DNA of 64,000 nucleotides from Hyphomonas sp. (GCA_035437295.1 DAOMXX010000001.1:695-64694), one strand, 5' to 3'. Positions 8,787 to 18,521 are shown, counted from the stretch's first letter. Made by a program: numbers and translations. Notes: generated by a model not told the origin, from the sequence alone.

Positions 8787-10193
8787 CTATTCTGCAGGGA
8801 TTGCGTCGGGACGAAGGGAGGCCAAGCCAGTCGTTCCCGCGGCGCGGGTCGGACCTTCGTCCAGAGGTTCGAGTGACCCAGGCGGCTTGTTCATCATCTT
8901 CAGGATGTAAAGCGTGCCGGCTCCGAACAGGGCGAAGTAAACCACAACAAATGCAAGGAAGGATGCCGCGACGGCCGGTGCTGCTACCGGCGCCAGGGAG
9001 TCTGACGTCGTGAGCAAGCCATAGATGGTGTAGGGCTGGCGTCCCACCTCGGTCGTAACCCAACCGGCCAGTACGGCGACGAAACCGGATGGTCCCATCA
9101 GCATCGCTGCGCGGTGGAACCACGGCGCATCATAGAGCTTACCTCTCCAGCGCAGGAAGAGGCTCACGGCGCCCACCAGCACCATCAGGGTGCCGAGGCC
9201 AACCATGATCCGGAAGCTCCAGAAGACGATGCCGACCGGGGGTTGGAGTTCGTCAGGTACAGTGTCGAGACCTGCAAGCGGAGCATTCATATCGTGCTTC
9301 AGGATCAGGGAAGAGACTTTCGGAATGCCAACGGCATAGTCGAGCCGCTGCTCTTCATCATTCGGGATGCCGAAAAGATAGAGCGGGGCGCCGTCCGGAT
9401 GGCTCTCATAGTGACCCTCCATGGCCATCACCTTCACGGGCTGATGTTCCAGCGTATTGATGCCATGGAAGTCGCCGGCAACCACCTGGATCGGTGCAAC
9501 GATCGCGGCCATCCACATGGCCATGGAGAACATCTTGCGTGCTTCCGGGTTGGTGCGGTTGCGCAGGAGGTGCAGGGCACCAACGGCGCCCACCACGAAC
9601 GCGGTGGTGAGATAGGCTGCCAGTACCATGTGAACGAGTCGGTAAGGGAATGACGGATTGAAGATGATCGCGATCCAGTCTTCCGGCACGAATTGGCCAG
9701 CCTCATTGATCCCATAGCCGGCGGGTGTCTGCATCCAGCTGTTCACCGAAAGGATCCAGGTCGCGGAAAGAAGTGTGCCGAAGGCGACCATGACCGTTGC
9801 AACGAAATGCAGTGACTTGGAAACTCGGCCCATTCCGAACAGCATGACACCGAGAAAACCCGCCTCTAGGAAGAAGGCCGTCAGAACTTCATAGGCCATC
9901 AGTGGACCGATCACAGGCCCCGCCTTATCCGAAAAAACGCTCCAATTGGTTCCGAACTGATAGGACATGACGATGCCGGACACGACGCCCATGCCAAAGG
10001 CAACGGCAAAGATCTTCCGCCAGTATTTGAAAAGGTTCAGGTATACAGGCTTGTTCGTCTTGAGCCACATACCTTCCAGCACCATCAGATAGCTGGCGAG
10101 CCCGATGGAGAAGGCCGGAAAGATAATGTGGAACATCACCGTGAAAGCGAACTGCGCACGCGCGAGGACGAGAGCATCGAGGGTTTCAATCAT
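8787..10193 (-). CDS. cydA: Cytochrome bd ubiquinol oxidase subunit I (short Q-loop, CioA-like)
   Basis: ARAQFAFT..FHIIFP, QFGTNW, FFLE, GWVTTEVGRQP; start MIETLD after GGAGA. Confidence 0.96.
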   Translation of the reverse strand: MIETLDALVLARAQFAFTVMFHIIFPAFSIGLASYLMVLEGMWLKTNKPVYLNLFKYWRKIFAVAFGMGVVSGIVMSYQFGTNWSVFSDKAGPVIGPLMAYEVLTAFFLEAGFLGVMLFGMGRVSKSLHFVATVMVAFGTLLSATWILSVNSWMQTPAGYGINEAGQFVPEDWIAIIFNPSFPYRLVHMVLAAYLTTAFVVGAVGALHLLRNRTNPEARKMFSMAMWMAAIVAPIQVVAGDFHGINTLEHQPVKVMAMEGHYESHPDGAPLYLFGIPNDEEQRLDYAVGIPKVSSLILKHDMNAPLAGLDTVPDELQPPVGIVFWSFRIMVGLGTLMVLVGAVSLFLRWRGKLYDAPWFHRAAMLMGPSGFVAVLAGWVTTEVGRQPYTIYGLLTTSDSLAPVAAPAVAASFLAFVVVYFALFGAGTLYILKMMNKPPGSLEPLDEGPTRAAGTTGLASLRPDAIPAE

Positions 10194-10227
10194 CGGTGTT
10201 TCTCCGGAATTTGACGGCGGCCGATAA

Positions 10228-10250
10228 AACAGGTATTCAAAATACCACTT
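10228..10250. promoter_or_regulatory. NsrR-like operator upstream of cydA
   Basis: AACAGGTATTCAAAATACCACTT (core GGTATT-CAA-AATACC) aligns with the 11-1-11 NsrR consensus AAGATGYATTTnAAATRCATCTT. Confidence 0.7.
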
Positions 10251-10327
10251 AAGCGCCTGGTGCGGTCTGGCAATATGAATCTTCTGTCCATCCGCCGCAT
10301 GCGCGCGCTTGACGCAGGGAGGTACCA

Positions 10328-10774
10328 ATTCAGCTTACAGCATATACCAATTATGCGCTCCGGACTTTGATGTTCTGCGCGCTTCACCCCGATAGGCTTG
10401 TCCGCGTGGAAGACGTTTCGAGCGCTTACGGAATTTCCAAAGCCCATTTGCTCAAAGCGGCCCGCCAGCTCGGTCAGCTTGGCTATCTTGAAAACCACCG
10501 GGGCCGCGCCGGCGGTATCAGGTTGGCAATGGCGCCGAGCAAAATCGTCATCGGAGAGGTCGTTCGCCATACCGAAGGCAATCTTGAGCTTGTCGAGTGT
10601 TTTAATTCCGATACCAATACTTGTCCCCTGATCGGTGTCTGCAAACTGAGCAACTTGTTTCGCACGGGGCTTCGCGCTTTTTTGGCTGAGCTTGACAAGG
10701 TGACACTTGAAGACATTGCCTCTGACAGGCGCAAGCTGCTCTTGCGTCTCGGCGGCATGGAAGCACGAACCTGA
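10328..10774 (+). CDS. Rrf2-family Fe-S regulator (NsrR-like), apparent ATT start codon
   Basis: GGAGG-TACCA-ATT then QLTAYTNYALRTLM; RGRAGG wing; three Cys (ECF, TCP, VCK). Confidence 0.85.
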   Translation: MQLTAYTNYALRTLMFCALHPDRLVRVEDVSSAYGISKAHLLKAARQLGQLGYLENHRGRAGGIRLAMAPSKIVIGEVVRHTEGNLELVECFNSDTNTCPLIGVCKLSNLFRTGLRAFLAELDKVTLEDIASDRRKLLLRLGGMEART

Positions 10775-10800
10775 CTTCGATCGCGGTATCAGGTAAAGCG

Positions 10801-12015
10801 TCATGCGTGCGGAGACCTGATTGCGGACTGCGCGCGTCTCGTGATCCACCAGACTACGATCACCATGATAGGTGTCAGGCCCGCAAGAAAAATCGCATCA
10901 TTGACAATGATATCCGGGAGGCCCTTCAGGAGAATTCCTGTCAGGCCAACGAGGTAGTAGGTGATAGCAGCGACTGAGAGCCCTTCCACGGCTTGAGCCA
11001 GATGGACTTGCTGGCGCGCGCGCCATTCCATGGATTGAAGCAGCTTCTGGTTCTGCTGCTGAACCGAGTGATCAAGCCGGGTCCGCGTCAACGCCATGGC
11101 GCTGGAAACAGTTTCCGACACGGCGTCCAGGCGTCTTTCAAAAGCAGCAATGGTTTGGATGGCCGGGCCAAGTCGGTGTTCGATAAAACCCTTCAGTGTT
11201 TGGCGCTGACCGATGGGCTGCTCGTCGAGACTTTTGAGCCTTGCCAGTACGATGTCATAATAAGCCCGCGACGCTGCAAGACGGTAGCGAATGGACTCCT
11301 GCAGCGCCCCCGCCTCTGCAAGAAGGGAGGCAAGTTCGGAGATCGTGGAACCGAAACCTTCGGGTATATCAGTCGTAAGCTTTAATGTGGCGCCGGACGC
11401 CCGGAGTTCCAGCGTCTCAAGTATAGGCATTGCGCGCCGGACAGCTGGCAGCCCAAGAAGCGCAGCCATCCGATAGGTTTCAAGATCGATCAGCCTTTTG
11501 ACGAACCGGCCTCTCGCATACGCATCTTCGAATTTGCCGCTGACGGCGTAAGTGATGAAACCATCTGGTGTGATCCTGAAGTCTGTAGAGACCTCCACTC
11601 CGGGAAACATCGCGCGTCCGCCAAAAAGGCGTACTGTGGGGGAAAAGCAAGATCGCGCTGCGTCAGCTTCTTTCGAGAGAATTATGTGGGCGCCGGCCAA
11701 CTGGCGGCCCGGGGTGGTGCTGAGCCGTGTGATCAGTTCTTTCGCGCTATCTGCATGGCCGATGAAAGTTACTGAGACAAACTCGGTGTGACGCTCAAAG
11801 CGAAGGATACCGTTGTCGAATTCGCTGATCTGATGACGGCTATTTGTGTCGAAAGGGGTGGGCCATGCCGATGGAGCTGAGCCTCTGTCGTCGATCACCC
11901 AATGCCAGACATCGGATGTTTCCAAGGGGATCGCGAGAGGTGGCCGTGCATGAGCTTCGGCCTGGATCAGGTCCCGGTCGGGATGTTGCTCCATCCGGGG
12001 AGTATCAGGCGTCAT
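10801..12015 (-). CDS. DUF3422-family membrane-anchored protein
   Basis: HARP, ERHTEF, ETYRMAALLGLP, VEGLSVAAITYY; ATGA overlap with the sulP stop. Confidence 0.85.
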   Translation of the reverse strand: MTPDTPRMEQHPDRDLIQAEAHARPPLAIPLETSDVWHWVIDDRGSAPSAWPTPFDTNSRHQISEFDNGILRFERHTEFVSVTFIGHADSAKELITRLSTTPGRQLAGAHIILSKEADAARSCFSPTVRLFGGRAMFPGVEVSTDFRITPDGFITYAVSGKFEDAYARGRFVKRLIDLETYRMAALLGLPAVRRAMPILETLELRASGATLKLTTDIPEGFGSTISELASLLAEAGALQESIRYRLAASRAYYDIVLARLKSLDEQPIGQRQTLKGFIEHRLGPAIQTIAAFERRLDAVSETVSSAMALTRTRLDHSVQQQNQKLLQSMEWRARQQVHLAQAVEGLSVAAITYYLVGLTGILLKGLPDIIVNDAIFLAGLTPIMVIVVWWITRRAQSAIRSPHA

Positions 12016-13823
12016 GGCGTAGACGACAATCCAGCTATCTTGAGCGAAGGGCAGGGTGAAGAAGCCGGCTCTGTCGTCATGGCGGTCCTTTCGAAGGCTG
12101 TGCGTGCGCACTCCGCATCCAGGTCCTGGATCGCTTCGAACTGGTGAAGATAGACCTTGCCGGTCAGCTCTTCGAGAAAGTGTGTCCGCTTCAGCCGGTC
12201 CATGACAGGGCCTTTGACTTCAGAGAGGTGAAGCGTCACTCCTGCATCCTTCAGGCGGTGATTGATGGATTCGAGGCTTTCTAGCCCGCTTGCATCAATG
12301 TGGTTGACCGCCGGGCACATCAGGATGAGGTGTTTCAGGTCGGGCCGGTTGCTGAGGACGCAATAGACCGTGTCCTCAAGGAAGCGCGCATTGGCAAAGT
12401 AGAGGCTTTCATCAATCCGTATCGTGATGATGTGCTCTGGTGTCACCACGGCATGGCGATTGACGTTCCGGAAGTGATGGGTTCCGGGAACCTGGCCGAC
12501 AAGCGCGAAGTGCGGCCGGCTTGTGTTGTAGAGGTGCAGAACGAGTGACAGGACGACGCCGCTTGTCACGCCGATTTCAACACCTGCAGAAAGGGTCACG
12601 AGGATGGTGGTCGCCATCGCGGCAAAGTCAGTCTTCGAATAGTTCCAGACTGTCCGGATGGCTGCGAAATCAACAAGCGTGAGCACCGCAACAATGATCG
12701 TGGCGGCAAGAACGGCCTGAGGCAGGAAGTAGAGGAAGGGGGTGAGGAAGAGGGTTGCGAGCGCGATCCCTATCGCGGTGAACGCACCGGCTGCCGGTGT
12801 TTCTGCGCCGGCATCGAAATTGACAGCCGAGCGGGCGAGGCCTCCGGTTACAGGGTAGCCGCTTGAAACCCCCGCCGCCAGGCTGGCGGCGCCGAGGCCG
12901 ATGAGCTCCTGGTTGGGATTGACCCGCTGCCGGCGCTTGGCGGCCAGCGTCTGGGCAACCGACACGGATTCCACAAAACCGATGAGGCTGATCAGGGCGG
13001 CAGAGCCGAGAAGCTGCGTCCACACCTCCCGGTCAAATGCCGGCAGGCCGAGCGCAGGCAGATCGCGTGGCACGTGGCCTAGGATTTTTACGCCCTGCTC
13101 GTGCAAGCCAAATGCAGACACCACTACGATGCTGGCGGCGACCGCGAAGATCGGTCCTGCGCGGGCAATGAGTGTGGCCGCCTTGTCCCCAAGTCCCAGG
13201 CGTCTGAGCAAGGGTTTGAGGCCTGCGCGGGCCCAGAACAGGAAGGCCAGAGACGAAAGTCCGATCACCAGCGTCGGCAGGTTTATCGCATCAAGGGATC
13301 CTGCCAGAGACATAAGAAGTTCAAGAAGGTTGTGGCCCTCTGCCGGCACGCCCAGGATATGCTTCAGCTGAGAAGCGGCAATGATTATGCCTGAAGCGGT
13401 GATGAACGCCGAGATCACCGGATGGCTTAGGAAGTTGGCGAGAAATCCCATCCGGAAGAGACCGAAAGCCAGCAGCATCAGGCCGGACAGGACCGCAAGG
13501 ATCATGGCCGCTTCCATATACTGCGCTGTTCCGGATGCTGCGATCTTGCCGGCGGCAGCCGCCGTCATTAGGGACAGGATCGCCACGGGGCCAACCGAAA
13601 GCGTCCGGCTTGACCCGAAGACTGCATAGACGATCAGTGGAAGGATCGATGCATAGAGGCCGACCTGTGGGGGGAGCCCCGCCAGCATCGCATAGGCGAG
13701 CGATTGCGGAATCAGCATGATCGTCACGATCAAAGCCGCCAGAAGATCATTCGTCAGCGTTTCGCCCTTGTAGGTACGGCCCCAGTCAAGGATCGGCAGG
13801 TATCGCGACAGGCGAAAGGTCAT
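12012..13823 (-). CDS. SulP-family anion transporter with STAS domain
   Basis: IPQSLAYAMLAGLPP.GLY, NQELIGLG, RSAVN, SLYFAN, HIDASG. Confidence 0.95.
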   Translation of the reverse strand: MTFRLSRYLPILDWGRTYKGETLTNDLLAALIVTIMLIPQSLAYAMLAGLPPQVGLYASILPLIVYAVFGSSRTLSVGPVAILSLMTAAAAGKIAASGTAQYMEAAMILAVLSGLMLLAFGLFRMGFLANFLSHPVISAFITASGIIIAASQLKHILGVPAEGHNLLELLMSLAGSLDAINLPTLVIGLSSLAFLFWARAGLKPLLRRLGLGDKAATLIARAGPIFAVAASIVVVSAFGLHEQGVKILGHVPRDLPALGLPAFDREVWTQLLGSAALISLIGFVESVSVAQTLAAKRRQRVNPNQELIGLGAASLAAGVSSGYPVTGGLARSAVNFDAGAETPAAGAFTAIGIALATLFLTPFLYFLPQAVLAATIIVAVLTLVDFAAIRTVWNYSKTDFAAMATTILVTLSAGVEIGVTSGVVLSLVLHLYNTSRPHFALVGQVPGTHHFRNVNRHAVVTPEHIITIRIDESLYFANARFLEDTVYCVLSNRPDLKHLILMCPAVNHIDASGLESLESINHRLKDAGVTLHLSEVKGPVMDRLKRTHFLEELTGKVYLHQFEAIQDLDAECARTAFERTAMTTEPASSPCPSLKIAGLSSTP

Positions 13824-13867
13824 AGGGTTTGCCCTAAGGAACAATGTTGAGAGGGGGGCAGAAAGGG

Positions 13868-15604
13868 TCAGGCGACTTTGGAGGTCGCCTTGTTGCTCAG
13901 GGCAGGCTGGGCTTCATGCTCGGCAGGCCGGTGCGGAAGAATAGTCGGCCGCGCAAGTGTTTCGGTGCCCTTGAGCATCATGTCGAAATAGATCGCCGGA
14001 AGCATCTTCTCTTTCAAGAACCAGGCGGCCCGCGTGGGCTTCGTACCATCGAGCATCCATTTGGGAACAGACGGATCCAGTTTTCCCCCATAAGCGAATT
14101 CTGCGAGCACGATCTTGCCGCGCTCCACAGTCAGCGGACATGACCCATAGCCATTGTAGACAGCCGTCGGCGCCTTTCCGTCGATTACGCAAAGAACATT
14201 GTGCGCACATACGGGCGCTTGTTTGCGCACCGCGGCTGCAGTCTTGGCGTTGGGTGTTGAGGCTGCATCTCCGAGCGAGAAGATGTTGCCATACTTGGTG
14301 TGCTGAAGCGTTTCGGCATTCACATCGATCCAGCCTGTGCTGTTTGCCAACGGGCTGTTACGAATGAAGTCCAGCCCAACCTGGGGCGGACACACGTGCA
14401 GCATGTCGAAGGTCTTTTCTTCGCGGCGTACATTGCCGCTTGCATCCTTGATCTCGAACAAGGCCTTTTTCGCTGGGCCGTCTACGGCGACCAGCGTCTC
14501 GTTGAAGTTCAGGTCGATGTTGTACTTTTTCACATACTCCATGAGCGCTGGGACATAGTCCTTTACGCCAAACAGGACAGCGCCCGCATTGTGAAAGGAT
14601 ACGTCGATATTCTTCAGGACGCCGCGTCTACGCCATGCATCGCAGGCAAGGTACATCGCTTTCTGCGGAGCGCCGGCGCATTTGATGGGCATCGGCGGCT
14701 GGGTGAACAGGGCTCTGCCCGAGCCAACAGATTGCACAAGGTCCCAGGTATAAGGCGCCATGTCGAAGCGGTAGTTCGACGTCACGCCATTGCGACCAAG
14801 TGATTCCTTTAGCCCCTCGATCGCATCCCAATCGAGTTTGAGACCGGGGGCTGCGATAAGGGCGCGGTAACCAATAGCTGTGCCATCTTCGAGAACGACC
14901 TCATTACGATCTGGTTTGAAGCGGGCGCAGGCGGCGGGGATCCACTTCACGCCTTTCGGAATCAGCCCGTCCATGGCGCGAACTGTATCTTCCCGCTTGA
15001 ACACACCGCCGCCGACGAGTGTCCAGCCGGGCTGATAGTAGTGATCCGTTCGCGGATCTATAATGGCGATGTCGAGACCTGGCCGCCGTTTGAGAAGACT
15101 TGATGCGACAGAGATACCTGCCGCGCCCGCACCGATAATCAAAACATCATGTGTTGGCACCCGGCCAATCCCCGCGTCCGCTGACTTGTCGCGCGCTTCA
15201 AGGCGTGGTCGCAGGGCTGCGAGGTCGTATCCTGCAGAGCTGGTCGTCTTGAGAATCGCATCCACGGACAAATGTCCGGCCTGCGTCAGCGCCCACAAAG
15301 TCGCAGATCGTGTGCCGGTCCTGCAGAAGGCAAGCGCTGGAGCGGGCATTTCATGCAGCGCTTCGGCGAACATTGCCACGTCTGCATCGGACAGTTGGCC
15401 TGGTACAATTGGAATGTAGCACACCTCAAGGCCATGACGCTGCGCGGCTTCAGCGATCAGTTCATGCCCAGGCTGGTCATCGCTTTCGCCATCGGGCCGG
15501 TTGATGATGATCGCCCGAAAGCCCTGAGCGGCGGCAAGGCCGACGTCCTGCGGGGTCAGCTGGGGCGATACGGAAATGTCGGGCGCAAGCGTCTTGATGT
15601 TCAT
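13868..15604 (-). CDS. sqr: DUF442 (TIGR01244) sulfurtransferase fused to type II sulfide:quinone oxidoreductase
   Basis: N-domain NRPDGE/FCRTGTRS; FAD motif GAGAAG, HYYQPGWTLVG, KCAGAPQK, YGSCP. Confidence 0.92.
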   Translation of the reverse strand: MNIKTLAPDISVSPQLTPQDVGLAAAQGFRAIIINRPDGESDDQPGHELIAEAAQRHGLEVCYIPIVPGQLSDADVAMFAEALHEMPAPALAFCRTGTRSATLWALTQAGHLSVDAILKTTSSAGYDLAALRPRLEARDKSADAGIGRVPTHDVLIIGAGAAGISVASSLLKRRPGLDIAIIDPRTDHYYQPGWTLVGGGVFKREDTVRAMDGLIPKGVKWIPAACARFKPDRNEVVLEDGTAIGYRALIAAPGLKLDWDAIEGLKESLGRNGVTSNYRFDMAPYTWDLVQSVGSGRALFTQPPMPIKCAGAPQKAMYLACDAWRRRGVLKNIDVSFHNAGAVLFGVKDYVPALMEYVKKYNIDLNFNETLVAVDGPAKKALFEIKDASGNVRREEKTFDMLHVCPPQVGLDFIRNSPLANSTGWIDVNAETLQHTKYGNIFSLGDAASTPNAKTAAAVRKQAPVCAHNVLCVIDGKAPTAVYNGYGSCPLTVERGKIVLAEFAYGGKLDPSVPKWMLDGTKPTRAAWFLKEKMLPAIYFDMMLKGTETLARPTILPHRPAEHEAQPALSNKATSKVA

Positions 15605-15629
15605 GGCAGTCTCCTCCTTTTTTCCGGCC

Positions 15630-16496
15630 TCAGAGCGCGTTGATTGGGATTTTCATGTAACGCTGGCCATTGTCTTCGGGCTCGGGCAGGTCGCCGGCTC
15701 GCATGTTGATCTGCACCGAAGGCAGGATCAGCTTCGGCATGGCGAGCGTGGCGTCGCGGGTCGTGCGCATCTTGATGAATTCATCGCGCGATGTTCCGGA
15801 TTTGACGTGAATGTTCGCCTGTTTCTCTGCGGCGATCGTCGTTTCCCAGACATATTCGTTGCGGCCGGGCGCCTTGTAGTCGTGGCACAGGAACACACGC
15901 GTTTCGCCCGGCAGCGCGAACAGTTTCTGGATGGAGTCGTAGAGCGTACCGGCATCTCCGCCCGGGAAGTCGCAGCGTGCGGTCCCGAAATCCGGCATGA
16001 AGATCGTATCGCCCACAAAGAGGGCGTCTCCGATCAAGTGGCTCATACAGGCGGGGGTGTGCCCGGGTGTATGGATAGCCCGGGCTTCGAGGTTGCCGAT
16101 CTTGTAAGTTTCCCCGTCCTGAAACAGGTGATCGAACTGACTGCCATCAGTGTGAAAGGACTGACCTTCATTGAAGATCCGGGCAAAGACTTTCTGGACC
16201 GTCGAGATGTGCGCGCCGATCCCGGTCTTGCCGCCCAGCTCGCGTTGAATATGCGGCGCTGCCGTCAGGTGGTCGGCATGCACGTGCGTGTCGATGATCC
16301 ATTCACAAGTCAGGCCTTGCTCACGAACGAAAGCAATCATCTTGTCGGCAGAGTCGGTTTTCGTGCGGCCTGAAGCCTGGTCGAAGTCGAGAAGGGAATC
16401 TACGACCGCACAAACTTTGGTCTCCGGATCGGCGACGACATAGCTGATTGTATTGGTAGCTTCATCGAAGAAGCCGGTCACATTGGGCTTGGTCAT
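15630..16496 (-). CDS. pdo: Persulfide dioxygenase (MBL fold)
   Basis: THVHADH, TPGHTPAC, GDTIFMPDFGTARCDFPGG, CHDY, MPKLILPSVQINMRAG. Confidence 0.92.
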   Translation of the reverse strand: MTKPNVTGFFDEATNTISYVVADPETKVCAVVDSLLDFDQASGRTKTDSADKMIAFVREQGLTCEWIIDTHVHADHLTAAPHIQRELGGKTGIGAHISTVQKVFARIFNEGQSFHTDGSQFDHLFQDGETYKIGNLEARAIHTPGHTPACMSHLIGDALFVGDTIFMPDFGTARCDFPGGDAGTLYDSIQKLFALPGETRVFLCHDYKAPGRNEYVWETTIAAEKQANIHVKSGTSRDEFIKMRTTRDATLAMPKLILPSVQINMRAGDLPEPEDNGQRYMKIPINAL

Positions 16497-16514
16497 TTTC
16501 GGGTCCTCTTAATT

Positions 16515-16910
16515 TCAGGAAACGGGGCGGGCGAATACGCCGTATCCGCCTGGGCGATGCGTCTGCTTGGCTGGGCGTGGAGGCTGTTTTTGGGATAGGC
16601 TTTTGGTTTGGCCGAGCATGACGGCGCAGACGGCATCCACCATTTCCCGAAGACGCGGCGCGTCGGACAGTTGATAGAATACGACCTTGGATTCACGCCG
16701 CGTCACAACGAGGCCGTCTTCGCGTAGCTTGCCCAACTCCCTGGAAAGGCGAGGTTGTTTGATGCCGAGGCGTGCTTCCATGTCGCCGACCGACATTTCC
16801 TGCTGGCGCAGCTGGCAGCAGATCGTCAGCCGGGCTGGGTGAGCGAGCGCTTTCAGAAGGGCGGTCGCCTCGTCAGCAAGCGGTGCGAGATTCGCGGTGT
16901 CAGGCGTCAT
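16515..16910 (-). CDS. ArsR-family persulfide sensor (BigR/SqrR-like)
   Basis: LKALAHPARLTICC, LVVTRRESKVVFY, second Cys in helix 5 (AVCA); directly upstream of pdo-sqr. Confidence 0.85.
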   Translation of the reverse strand: MTPDTANLAPLADEATALLKALAHPARLTICCQLRQQEMSVGDMEARLGIKQPRLSRELGKLREDGLVVTRRESKVVFYQLSDAPRLREMVDAVCAVMLGQTKSLSQKQPPRPAKQTHRPGGYGVFARPVS

Positions 16911-17565
16911 GCTGCGCCTCCGATCTTGTATAGTACCAGGTTCCGCCTGCGAGTTGCGCGCGCTGATCCGCTTCTGTCTGGTCAATCGGTGGCGGCAGAA
17001 CTGTAGGGGTGCCAGGAAGCCAGCCTTCCGGCGTAGCAACCAGATTGCGGTCTGAAACCTGAAGCGCATTCAGGACGCGCAGGATTTCATCGACCGACCG
17101 CCCGACATTCATCGGATAGTGGATCATCGCCCGGATGTAGCCGTCAGGGTCGATAAAGAAGACAGAACGAACCGCAGCCGTGGTCGCCGATGCGTCATGA
17201 ATCATGCCGTAGAGGCGCGCCACGGTCATCGAAATATCCTCGATGATCGGGAACGTAATCCTCGTGTTGAAGCGCGCCTCGATATCCTTGATCCACGCGA
17301 TATGGGCGTAAACGCTGTCGATCGAGAGCCCGATCAAATCGGTATCAAGTGCATCGAACTGAGCAGCGGCATTCTGGAAAGCCAGAAACTCTGATGTGCA
17401 CACCGGCGTGAAATCTGCCGGATGGGAAAAGAATACGAGCCACCTGCCACGATAATCGGTCAGTCGAACAATGCCTTGAGTCGATCGCGCCTCGAAGTCG
17501 GGCGCAAGTTCGTCGATCCTTGCTCCGGGCAGGGGTGTGGATCTCGGTTCATCAGGGATTGGCAT
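16900..17565 (-). CDS. Peroxiredoxin, Prx6 type
   Basis: HPADFTPVCTSE, GRSVDEILR, TPEGW. Confidence 0.92.
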   Translation of the reverse strand: MPIPDEPRSTPLPGARIDELAPDFEARSTQGIVRLTDYRGRWLVFFSHPADFTPVCTSEFLAFQNAAAQFDALDTDLIGLSIDSVYAHIAWIKDIEARFNTRITFPIIEDISMTVARLYGMIHDASATTAAVRSVFFIDPDGYIRAMIHYPMNVGRSVDEILRVLNALQVSDRNLVATPEGWLPGTPTVLPPPIDQTEADQRAQLAGGTWYYTRSEAQHDA

Positions 17566-17610
17566 GGAGAGAATCCTCTTGCTATTTAGAAAATCATAAA
17601 ATACGAAACT

Positions 17611-17634
17611 GTCAATACAAATACGTAAATTGAC
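17611..17634. promoter_or_regulatory. AT-rich inverted repeat in the divergent prx/yeeE promoter (candidate ArsR/BigR site)
   Basis: GTCAAT-N12-ATTGAC within an 85-bp AT-rich gap. Confidence 0.45.
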
Positions 17635-17650
17635 TTAATGGAGTGTCGCT

Positions 17651-18076
17651 TTGACTGAGTTTACGCCAGTAAGTGCCGCCATCGGCGGAGCGCTGATCGG
17701 GCTGTCGGCCGTTTTGCTGATGGCCCTCAACGGCAGAATCGCAGGGATCAGCGGGCTGTTTTCCGGCACTTTCTTTTCAGAAACGGGGGACCGGGCCTGG
17801 CGCGGGTTCTTTCTGATTGGTCTTGTCGCGGCTCCAGTGATCTACACTCTCTTTCAAGGCGAGCCCCCGACATTTGAGATGACCAGTTCTTTGCCGATGA
17901 TCATTGTAGCGGGGCTGCTCGTCGGGTTCGGGACGCGCCTTGGATCGGGTTGCACAAGCGGTCACGGCGTTTGCGGGATGTCGCGCTTATCCCTGCGATC
18001 AATGGCGGCCGTCGCGCTCTTCATGGCGTCTGGCGCAATTACGGTTGCGCTCGCCAAGTTCGCTGTGGGAGGCTGA
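17651..18076 (+). CDS. YeeE/YedE sulfur transport protein (PmpA-like)
   Basis: GRIAGISG, GFGTRLGSGCTSGHGVCG. Confidence 0.92.
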   Translation: MTEFTPVSAAIGGALIGLSAVLLMALNGRIAGISGLFSGTFFSETGDRAWRGFFLIGLVAAPVIYTLFQGEPPTFEMTSSLPMIIVAGLLVGFGTRLGSGCTSGHGVCGMSRLSLRSMAAVALFMASGAITVALAKFAVGG

Positions 18077-18077
18077 C

Positions 18078-18521
18078 TTGGGTAAGAATGTTTCAGCGCT
18101 TCTGGCGGGACTGGTCTTCGGGCTTGGGCTGGTGATTGCAGAGATGGTCAACCCGGCCAAAGTGCTCGCCTTTCTGGACGTCTCGGGGCATTGGGATCCC
18201 TCGCTCGCATTCGTGATGGGAGCCGCTCTTATCGTTACCGCACTAGGCTACAGGATCGTCTGGAACATGCGCCAGCCGGTATTCGCCAACGCATTTATTG
18301 TGCCTCAAACCAGAGAGATTGACCGGCGCTTGGCATTCGGCGCAGTATTGTTCGGTATCGGCTGGGGCCTCGCTGGCCTGTGTCCCGGACCGGCCATTGC
18401 GGCGCTCAGCTTCGGAGGCGCGCCGGCTTGGGTTTTCCTGGGCGCGATGAGTGCCGGTGTCGCAATGTTTGACCTGTCGCCTCTTGCTGCCCGCCGGGTG
18501 CAAGCTTCGTCCGCGGTGTGA
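18078..18521 (+). CDS. YeeE/YedE partner (PmpB-like)
   Basis: M.NPAKVLAFLD..G.WDPSLAFVMG, GLCPGP; TTG start 1 nt after the upstream stop. Confidence 0.9.
   Translation: MGKNVSALLAGLVFGLGLVIAEMVNPAKVLAFLDVSGHWDPSLAFVMGAALIVTALGYRIVWNMRQPVFANAFIVPQTREIDRRLAFGAVLFGIGWGLAGLCPGPAIAALSFGGAPAWVFLGAMSAGVAMFDLSPLAARRVQASSAV

Noticed and set aside
10194-10328. Long N-terminal extensions in the ORF track for cydA (also prx, ArsR, phyH, desaturase)
   Set aside because: Family N-termini and RBSs support downstream starts; the extensions cover promoters or neighbouring genes
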